Assembly: GCA_026625185.1 (NCBI GenBank)
Contig: CP113000.1
Span: 3,162,651-3,194,650 of the forward strand
Direction of reading: 5' to 3'
From: Thermodesulfobacteriota bacterium
Lineage (GTDB): Bacteria > Desulfobacterota > WTBG01 > JAGOGO01
DNA: 32,000 nt
This document shows positions 25,779 through 32,000 of the stretch, piece after piece; the stretch's first letter is position 1; every line of letters starts with the position of its first letter. Position numbers and translations under genes: made by a program. The notes below the pieces were generated by a model. That model had not been told where the DNA came from, did not search any database, and saw only the letters and a list, made by a program, of their open reading frames with translations.

Positions 25779-26015
25779 TTAGTCGGAGAGTTTGACGCTT
25801 TCCCTTTTTTTATAGGCATTTCTTAACTCCATAATGGCTCGTACTGTATTTTCATTGGAGCGGAGGCGTTCTTTTGGAGTCATTTTTAGAAACATGGTAA
25901 TAAGCTCCTTTTCTACTCCAAACTCTACACCCTTTAATCGGTCGCTTTTTGGGGGCATCTCAATTGTCTCGGTTTTAGTCATGTGGTGATAATAAAATAC
26001 TTCTTTGCTGTCCAT
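25779..26015 (-). CDS. Small hypothetical protein, putative partner of the nucleotidyltransferase
   Basis: 78 aa, or 67 aa if it starts at MTKTETIE. Helical and charged (MTPKERLRSNENTVRAIMELRNAYKK). It lies 58 nt upstream of the NTase ORF on the same strand. Confidence 0.5.
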   Translation of the reverse strand: MDSKEVFYYHHMTKTETIEMPPKSDRLKGVEFGVEKELITMFLKMTPKERLRSNENTVRAIMELRNAYKKRESVKLSD

Positions 26016-26156
26016 AATCGCATAATAAGCAACCCCAGTTTTCTTTGTTTATATAATAAGCTACGTGAAATTGCAAGGCAGGTAAAACAATTTAGCTTTA
26101 TGCTAATTTTTTTGATCAATAATTACCGATTGACATTTTTTAAAAAAAAGCTACGC

Positions 26157-26185
26157 TTGAATTTTCGCATCTTTTAAAATATAAC
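26157..26185 (+). promoter_or_regulatory. Candidate sigma70 promoter for nadB (TTGAAT-17-TATAAC)
   Basis: Read directly from the sequence. The -10 element ends 72 nt before the nadB ATG. Confidence 0.4.
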
Positions 26186-26256
26186 CAAAGGTAAAAAACT
26201 TGGCCGGTTTCCTGGTTGATAAAGTTTAACATTTTGATTCTCAAGGATATTTTGAT

Positions 26257-27882
26257 ATGGAAATAAAAACCGATTTTCTTATTATCGGAAGCGGAATCGC
26301 AGGCTTAAGCTTTGCCCTTAAAGTGGCTCCTTTTGGATCAGTGGCCATCGTAACCAAAAAGAATAAACTCGAATCCAGCACCAATTATGCCCAGGGCGGG
26401 ATTGCGGCAGTCATGAGTTCCGAAGACTCCTTTGAGGAACACATCAAAGACACCCTCATTGCGGGAGATGGTCTCTGTCATGAGGAAGTCGTCAAAATGG
26501 TGGTTGAAGAAGGACCTGCTCGGATTGAAGAACTAATTAACTGGGGGGTTCCCTTTACTCATAAAAGGAAAGGAAACAAGAAGGAGTTTGATCTGGGAAA
26601 AGAAGGCGGGCATTCCAAACGCCGCATTATCCATGCGAAGGATTTCACGGGCCAAGAAGTGGAACGAATATTAGTGGATAAAGTAGAAAAAGATCCCCGG
26701 ATTAAAATCTTTGAGCACCATATCGCCATTGACCTCATCACCCAATCCAAGTTCGCAGAAGAAAAAGCCACTGATAAAAAAGATGCCTGCTGGGGCGCTT
26801 ATGTTTTCGATATTGAAAAGGGAGTGGTCCACACCTTCCTGGCGCAGATCACGTTGCTTGCCAGTGGTGGTGTAGGCAAAGTTTACCTTTATACGAGCAA
26901 TCCTGATATTGCCACAGGTGATGGCATCGCCATGGCGTATCGCGCTGGTGCCCGTATCGCTAACGTTGAGTTCATTCAATTTCACCCCACCTGTTTGTAC
27001 CATCCCGAAGCAAAAAATTTTTTAATCTCTGAAGCCCTCCGGGGAGAAGGGGGTATTTTAAAATTAATGAGTGGTACTCCCTTTATGGAGAAGTATCATC
27101 CTTTAAAGGATTTGGCTCCGCGTGACATTGTGGCCCGTTCCATAGATTTAGAGCTTAAGAAGAGCGGAGAAGAATACGTGCTGTTAGACATTTCCCATAA
27201 AGATTCCGGTTTTATAAAAAAGCGGTTTCCTAACATTTACAAAAAATGTCTGGAGTTTGGTTACGATATTACCAAAGTTCCTCTTCCCGTTGTTCCCGCG
27301 GCTCATTATGTCTGTGGCGGAGTTGTCACCGATCGCCAGGGAGAAACCGACATTTCCCGGCTCTATGCCTGCGGTGAAACTGCCTGCACGGGCCTTCACG
27401 GCGCTAACCGGTTAGCCAGTAATTCACTTCTGGAAGCTCTGGTCTACGCTCATCGGGCGGCACGAAAAGCTATCGAGGAGATTAAGGGAGCACGCACCGA
27501 ATTCTCCCGCATCCCTTCGTGGAACCCCGGTGGGGCAGTCGATAGTGATGAATCAGTGGTGGTATCTCATAACTGGGATGAAATCAGGCGGCTGATGTGG
27601 AACTATGTGGGAATCGTGGTGTCGAACAAACTATTAGACCGTGCCCAGCGGCGAATCGCTTTGCTCCAGGAGGAAATCAAAGAGTATTATTGGGATTTCA
27701 TTGTCACCCGGGATTTGATTGAATTAAGAAATATCGCGGTCGTGGCGGAATTGATCATCCGGTGCGCTCAGCAAAGGAAGGAAAGCCGGGGGTTGCATTA
27801 TAACATTGACTTTCCCTATAAAGATGACGAGCACGAGAAAAAGGATACCATCATCACGCAAGGGGAATTGACAAACCCTTAA
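26257..27882 (+). CDS. nadB: L-aspartate oxidase
   Basis: 541 aa. FAD fold [27 protein letters not shown]..., and RGEGG as in NadB/succinate dehydrogenase flavoproteins. Confidence 0.94.
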   Translation: MEIKTDFLIIGSGIAGLSFALKVAPFGSVAIVTKKNKLESSTNYAQGGIAAVMSSEDSFEEHIKDTLIAGDGLCHEEVVKMVVEEGPARIEELINWGVPFTHKRKGNKKEFDLGKEGGHSKRRIIHAKDFTGQEVERILVDKVEKDPRIKIFEHHIAIDLITQSKFAEEKATDKKDACWGAYVFDIEKGVVHTFLAQITLLASGGVGKVYLYTSNPDIATGDGIAMAYRAGARIANVEFIQFHPTCLYHPEAKNFLISEALRGEGGILKLMSGTPFMEKYHPLKDLAPRDIVARSIDLELKKSGEEYVLLDISHKDSGFIKKRFPNIYKKCLEFGYDITKVPLPVVPAAHYVCGGVVTDRQGETDISRLYACGETACTGLHGANRLASNSLLEALVYAHRAARKAIEEIKGARTEFSRIPSWNPGGAVDSDESVVVSHNWDEIRRLMWNYVGIVVSNKLLDRAQRRIALLQEEIKEYYWDFIVTRDLIELRNIAVVAELIIRCAQQRKESRGLHYNIDFPYKDDEHEKKDTIITQGELTNP

Positions 27883-29279
27883 TCCTCACGAAACAGAGAG
27901 CGCTGGAGAAATGCTTTCGACGGCTTATAGTTAATGGGATAGTTGCCGGTAAAGCAGGCGTCACAAAATTCACACCCGTTTTCCTCAACCGTAGCTTTTA
28001 ATCCTTTTAAACTTAAATAGCCGAGACTATCGGCGGCAATAAATTTACCGATTTCATCAACATTCAAATTCGACGCGATCAGCTCTTTTTTAGTGGGAGT
28101 ATCGATCCCGTAAAAACATGGATGGGTTATCGGCGGAGAAGCGACCCGGAAGTGGACTTCCTTGGCTCCCGCACTTTTAATCATACTGATAATTTTTTTA
28201 CAGCTGGTTCCCCTGACAATAGAATCATCAATAATAATGACTCGTTTCCCACTAAGGTACTGCTTTAAGTAACTGAGTTTTACCTTAACACCAAAATGGC
28301 GAATTGACTGTTCCGGTTCAATAAAGGTCCGGCCCACAAAGTGATTCCTAATTATTCCGATTTCAAAGGGGATCCCCGACTCCTCCGCGTATCCAATTGC
28401 CGCCGGCATTCCTGAATCGGGTACGGGTATCACTATATCAGCATCTACGGGGTGCTCGCGGGCAACTTGCCTTCCCATCTTTTTTCTGACCGTATATACT
28501 TCTCGTCCAAAAACTTCGCTATCTGGCCGGGCGAAATAGATAAGTTCAAATATACACGACTTACGGGTAGCCAGAAAAACTTTAAAAGATTGAAGGCCGT
28601 CCGCATTGATTAAGATGAGTTCTCCTGGTTCTACTTCTCTGATATATTGTGCTCCAATAAGATCAAGCGCACAGGTTTCGGAGCTGACTACGTGAGCCCC
28701 ATCAAGTTCACCTAAGACGAGGGGCCGAAACCCATAGGGGTCTCTCACCGCTACCATCTCTTTTTCCGAAAGAAAAAGCAAGGAATAAGCTCCCTTAATC
28801 TGATTAAGAGCCTCTGTGATCCTTTCTACGATCGATGCGCGTTGCGAGATCGCCTTTAAATGAATAATCACTTCAGTATCACTGGTCGACTGAAATATGC
28901 GGCCTTGCGCCTCCAAAGTTGCCCTTAATTCTTCGCCATTTACCAGGTTGCCGTTATGCGCCACCGCGATATTGCCCCGCAAATACATAAAAATCAGGGG
29001 CTGGGCGTTTTTCTTTTCGCTTATCCCCGCAGTTGAGTACCGCACATGACCGATCGCGATTTTCCCTTTCAGCTTTTTAAGACTATCCTCGGAGAAAACA
29101 TCAGCCACTAAACCCATCTCTCTATGTGCGTAAAGGACTTTCCCGTCCGAAGAGACTATTCCCGCACTCTCCTGGCCTCGGTGCTGAAGAGCATATAATC
29201 CGAGATAGGTTAATTTGGCTGCTTCCGGGTGACCGTATATTCCGAAGACACCACAATATTCTTTTAATTTTTCAAACAT
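27879..29279 (-). CDS. purF: Amidophosphoribosyltransferase
   Basis: [17 protein letters not shown] carries the N-terminal nucleophile Cys. It also has the PRPP loop [13 protein letters not shown] and C-terminal Cys ligands [10 protein letters not shown]. Start set at ATG 29279. The TTG at 29336 adds 19 non-conserved residues. Confidence 0.94.
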   Translation of the reverse strand: MFEKLKEYCGVFGIYGHPEAAKLTYLGLYALQHRGQESAGIVSSDGKVLYAHREMGLVADVFSEDSLKKLKGKIAIGHVRYSTAGISEKKNAQPLIFMYLRGNIAVAHNGNLVNGEELRATLEAQGRIFQSTSDTEVIIHLKAISQRASIVERITEALNQIKGAYSLLFLSEKEMVAVRDPYGFRPLVLGELDGAHVVSSETCALDLIGAQYIREVEPGELILINADGLQSFKVFLATRKSCIFELIYFARPDSEVFGREVYTVRKKMGRQVAREHPVDADIVIPVPDSGMPAAIGYAEESGIPFEIGIIRNHFVGRTFIEPEQSIRHFGVKVKLSYLKQYLSGKRVIIIDDSIVRGTSCKKIISMIKSAGAKEVHFRVASPPITHPCFYGIDTPTKKELIASNLNVDEIGKFIAADSLGYLSLKGLKATVEENGCEFCDACFTGNYPINYKPSKAFLQRSLFRED

Positions 29280-29355
29280 GATATAGTAGGTTCTATGGAT
29301 TCTTTTTAAGACGTTAGGGGTATGGGTGACACACAAACAATGCTTGTTCCCTTTA

Positions 29356-29453
29356 ACCCGTTAGAAATGCCCCGCTTGCCCGGTTGATATCAAATATCTA
29401 ACCGGGTGAATAAGCACGGGTTAAATGCCCCGTCTGAAATCCTTCTAAAGGGG
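29356..29453 (-). repeat. Structured intergenic repeat, copy 3 (short form, 98 bp), between the GGDEF gene stop and the purF start
   Basis: The reverse complement aligns with copy 1 over both arms (36/39 on the left arm, about 52 of 61 columns on the right). It lacks the 34 nt found at 12110-12143. TTTA lies at 29352-29355 and again at 29454-29457. Confidence 0.7.
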
Positions 29454-29474
29454 TTTACCTCGGTTTTCGAAGTA

Positions 29475-30392
29475 TTAGGTGCTGCTGATCAAAGTGATAT
29501 TTCCATCAGATATTTTACCATAAATTAATATCTTAATGGAAGAATTTTTAGCCTGGTACATCGCTTGGTCAGCACAGTGAACAAATGATTCAACGTCATG
29601 GTCATCCGTAAGTTCCGCTAACCCCAAACTAATTTCAATGGGCAGAGGTTTAATCGCTCTGCAGGCTTCTTGAATTCTTTGGGCAATTTGCATTGTCTGT
29701 AACTTATTAGCTTCTGGAATAATAACCGTGAATTCATCGCCACCATACCGAAATCCTTCATCAACATTTTTTCGAATAGATTTGTTGATCGCCCTTCCAA
29801 CCTCTTTGAGCACCCTATCCCCTTCTAAATGACCGTAGGTGTCATTAAATTTTTTAAATTCATCAAGATCAAGCATGACAAGAAAAAGGATGCGATTCTG
29901 CCGCCGGGCGCGAATAATTTCTTTTTCCAACTGATTGTAAAAATGACGCCGATTGTAAAGCCCGGTCAAATCATCATTTATGGAAAGCAGAAGAAGTTCA
30001 GCGTTTTTTTCCTCTAATTGACGCTTAATGCTCCGCTCCCGAAAAATCCGGTTAAGCTTGGCCACGATTTCATCAATGCCAAATGGTTTGACGATAAAAT
30101 CGCTGGCTCCGGTTTTGATAACCTCAGAATAAGAGTATTTTGTTCCAAATCCGGTGATGCTGATGACATCTATCTCCGGAGAGTTCTCCTTGATCTTTTT
30201 GATCAAAGTTAATCCATCAACCCCGGGCATCTCAATATCCGATATCACTACTGAAAATTTTTCTTCTTTTAACATAATTAAGGCTTGCAATCCGTCAGTA
30301 GCGGTCTTGTTCTCATACCCTAAGGAATTCATCAGATCAACAAGGATTTGACAAATAGTTTTACTATCATCGACGATTAAAACTTTTTCCAT
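29475..30392 (-). CDS. Response regulator receiver domain fused to a GGDEF diguanylate cyclase
   Basis: 305 aa. REC domain (LIVDDS..., phospho-Asp in VVISDIEMPGVDG, K in FIVKPF). GGDEF domain (LTGLYNRRHF, FRYGGDEFTVI). Confidence 0.9.
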   Translation of the reverse strand: MEKVLIVDDSKTICQILVDLMNSLGYENKTATDGLQALIMLKEEKFSVVISDIEMPGVDGLTLIKKIKENSPEIDVISITGFGTKYSYSEVIKTGASDFIVKPFGIDEIVAKLNRIFRERSIKRQLEEKNAELLLLSINDDLTGLYNRRHFYNQLEKEIIRARRQNRILFLVMLDLDEFKKFNDTYGHLEGDRVLKEVGRAINKSIRKNVDEGFRYGGDEFTVIIPEANKLQTMQIAQRIQEACRAIKPLPIEISLGLAELTDDHDVESFVHCADQAMYQAKNSSIKILIYGKISDGNITLISST

Positions 30393-30601
30393 ATAATAGC
30401 ATTTGGCAATTGTTAATAAATAAACGTTGATATATAGTATAAATTAAAAAAATTTGCAAATAAACCTTGATTTTTTTTATTTTTTATCCAAAATAAAAAT
30501 AACCTATTGTTTATGCTTATCTTTTATAAAAAGGCACAATAAACCGCATTAATTTTCGAAAAAAGTAATCACCAAAATTTAGTTGCCCCTTGACAGGTAA
30601 A

Positions 30602-31132
30602 GTGAAAATTTTACTCCACTTTTGTTGCGCAAATTGTGCGCTTTATCCTCTTCAAAAGCTTCACAAGGAAGGTCATGAAATTTTTGGTTTTTTCTATAAC
30701 CCCAACATCCATCCCTATGAAGAGTATAAAAAAAGGTTAGAAGCGGTAAAAGAGATAGAGAAAAAGCTTACTATCAGAACGATTTATCAGAATCACTATG
30801 ATTTAGAAGATTTTTTAAGGAGCATTGTGTTCCGAGAATCAGACCGATGTAAAATATGCTACCATACGAGGTTAGCTGCTACTGCCCGGATCGCCAAGAA
30901 AGGAAAATTTGATGCCTTTACCTCAACCTTGCTCGGAAGCAAACACCAGAATCACGAGCTGATCAAAGAAATTGGCCTAGCAACAGGGAAACAACGCGGC
31001 ATCAATTTCTTTTATGCTGATTTTCGGGAAGGGTGGGCTGAGGGACGAGAGATGTCTCATAAGTTAGGACTTTATCGGCAGCAGTACTGCGGCTGTATTT
31101 ACAGTGAGAAAGAAAGATTTTTAAAAAAATAA
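30602..31132 (+). CDS. queH: Epoxyqueuosine reductase QueH (DUF208)
   Basis: [20 protein letters not shown] and QQYCGCIYS cysteine motifs are typical of QueH. I prefer GTG 30602 (MKILLH...) over the TTG at 30590. Confidence 0.85.
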   Translation: MKILLHFCCANCALYPLQKLHKEGHEIFGFFYNPNIHPYEEYKKRLEAVKEIEKKLTIRTIYQNHYDLEDFLRSIVFRESDRCKICYHTRLAATARIAKKGKFDAFTSTLLGSKHQNHELIKEIGLATGKQRGINFFYADFREGWAEGREMSHKLGLYRQQYCGCIYSEKERFLKK

Positions 31133-31135
31133 AAT

Positions 31136-31354
31136 ATGCTTATGACTGAAATCGGAAAATTACTTTTAATTTTGGGAATTATTTTATCTATTTTGGGGTT
31201 AATCTTTATTTTTGGTGCAAAAGTTCCTGGACTGGGCAGGCTTCCGGGAGATATTTTCATCAAAAAGGGGAATATTACTTTCTTCTTCCCTATTGTCACC
31301 TGTATCTTGATCAGCATTATCGTGACGCTGATCCTCTCTCTTTTCCGCCGGTAA
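31136..31354 (+). CDS. DUF2905-family small membrane protein
   Basis: 72 aa with two TM segments flanking GLGRLPGDIFIKKGN, which matches my memory of DUF2905. Confidence 0.75.
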   Translation: MLMTEIGKLLLILGIILSILGLIFIFGAKVPGLGRLPGDIFIKKGNITFFFPIVTCILISIIVTLILSLFRR

Positions 31355-31358
31355 CCCT

Positions 31359-31877
31359 TTAGGAATCTGACCTTAATTTATAGGTCAAGCGAATAAAGGT
31401 ATCTAAGCCATCTCCTCCTAACACCAAAAACACGTCCATCCCGCTGATATTGCGCCAAATAGAAGCATAATTTCCTTTTTTGAGTTTAAAACCTTTTAGC
31501 CGACTTTTACTGTTGTTGAATTTATCTTCCATAAATTCCAGCGCCTCCGGAAGACCATATTTGGCCACCAATTGATCCTTAAGATCGCGGTATTTGGCAA
31601 TGTGTTCAAAGGCGGAAGCGTCATCTTTTTCTACTTCAAAATATTGATAAATTGCCACTAACCAGTCGTCTTTAAAGATTAGGTTAATTTCTGCGGCTTG
31701 CGGTACATCAACCGGTGGGCTGATAAAATCTAAACGATCCGATCTTTCAAAAAGCGGTCGTAAGCCCTTCTTTTGATATACAATTTTCACCTCTGTTTTA
31801 GTCATTCCAAAACTGAGGGTAAGAAGTTCCGGAAAGGTTTCTTTGGAATAATTTGAGGTTATAAGCTCAGGCATCAA
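31359..31877 (-). CDS. Hypothetical protein, 172 aa
   Basis: ORF with host-like composition. No motif recognised. Confidence 0.6.
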   Translation of the reverse strand: MMPELITSNYSKETFPELLTLSFGMTKTEVKIVYQKKGLRPLFERSDRLDFISPPVDVPQAAEINLIFKDDWLVAIYQYFEVEKDDASAFEHIAKYRDLKDQLVAKYGLPEALEFMEDKFNNSKSRLKGFKLKKGNYASIWRNISGMDVFLVLGGDGLDTFIRLTYKLRSDS

Positions 31878-32000
31878 AAAGCACTCAATAAAAAATTAAA
31901 TTGATTTTTTATTATCCGCTGTTAAATTAACTCTTTAAATTTTAAAACATAGTTTTTTGACTTACCGAAAAAAAACACCTTTGTCAAGCGAAAATAGGAG

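Noticed and set aside
29280-29336. The 19-residue N-terminal extension of purF (TTG start, [19 protein letters not shown])
   Set aside because: PurF propeptides are short and the conserved nucleophile Cys follows MFEKLKEY closely. The extension starts at a TTG with no SD, and its start lies 20 nt from the repeat element (29356).
1-32000. Searched by eye for rRNA, tRNA (T-arm GGTTCGAATCC-like strings), tmRNA, RNase P, SRP RNA, CRISPR repeat-spacer periodicity, transposase or integrase ORFs, and inteins
   Set aside because: None found. All intergenic regions are short or AT-rich without these signatures. DnaB is of normal length. An eye scan cannot exclude divergent small RNAs, so Infernal/Rfam and tRNAscan should be run.

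Overview
This is 32 kb of an AT-rich bacterial chromosome. Hand counts give about 38-45% G+C in typical coding lines and under 30% in intergenic DNA. The content is overwhelmingly housekeeping.

Gene layout:
- 1-10.7 kb: a tightly packed minus-strand run of maf, yggS, bioD, a radical-SAM/DUF2344 fusion, RNase G, rplU, rpsF, rpsR, rplI, dnaB and the start of dnaK. Several junctions overlap by 1-4 nt. xth lies at the upstream end, after a 118-nt gap.
- 11.4-12.0 kb: an RRM/Gly-rich RNA-binding protein next to a CspA-family protein.
- 12.5-20.8 kb: an alpha/beta hydrolase, yjbQ, nhaA, a 541-aa orphan protein, hemC, queD, folE2 and tsaD.
- 21.0-21.9 kb: a single compositionally foreign gene, made of homing-endonuclease-associated repeats plus a nuclease-like C-terminus.
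- 22.3-25.3 kb: a membrane protein and the carboxynorspermidine dehydrogenase/decarboxylase pair.
- 25.3-26.0 kb: a small two-gene nucleotidyltransferase cassette.
- 26.3-31.9 kb: nadB, purF, a REC-GGDEF regulator, queH, a DUF2905 protein and one more hypothetical.

I found no rRNA, tRNA, CRISPR array, transposase or integrase. I do not see a convincing multi-gene novel system.

Best leads not explained by ordinary annotation:
1. A structured repeat family of 98-133 bp with terminal inverted repeats and TAAA flanks. It has three copies: in the csp leader, at the hemC start and in the purF leader.
2. A promoter, mutually exclusive hairpins and an intrinsic terminator ahead of a small membrane ORF and nhaA.
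3. The foreign homing-endonuclease-repeat/nuclease-like gene.
4. The nucleotidyltransferase cassette. The G[GS] catalytic motif of its nucleotidyltransferase is encoded by a G9 homopolymer that sits out of frame with the rest of the gene.

All functional calls come from reading the translations and recalling family signatures. No database search was run.
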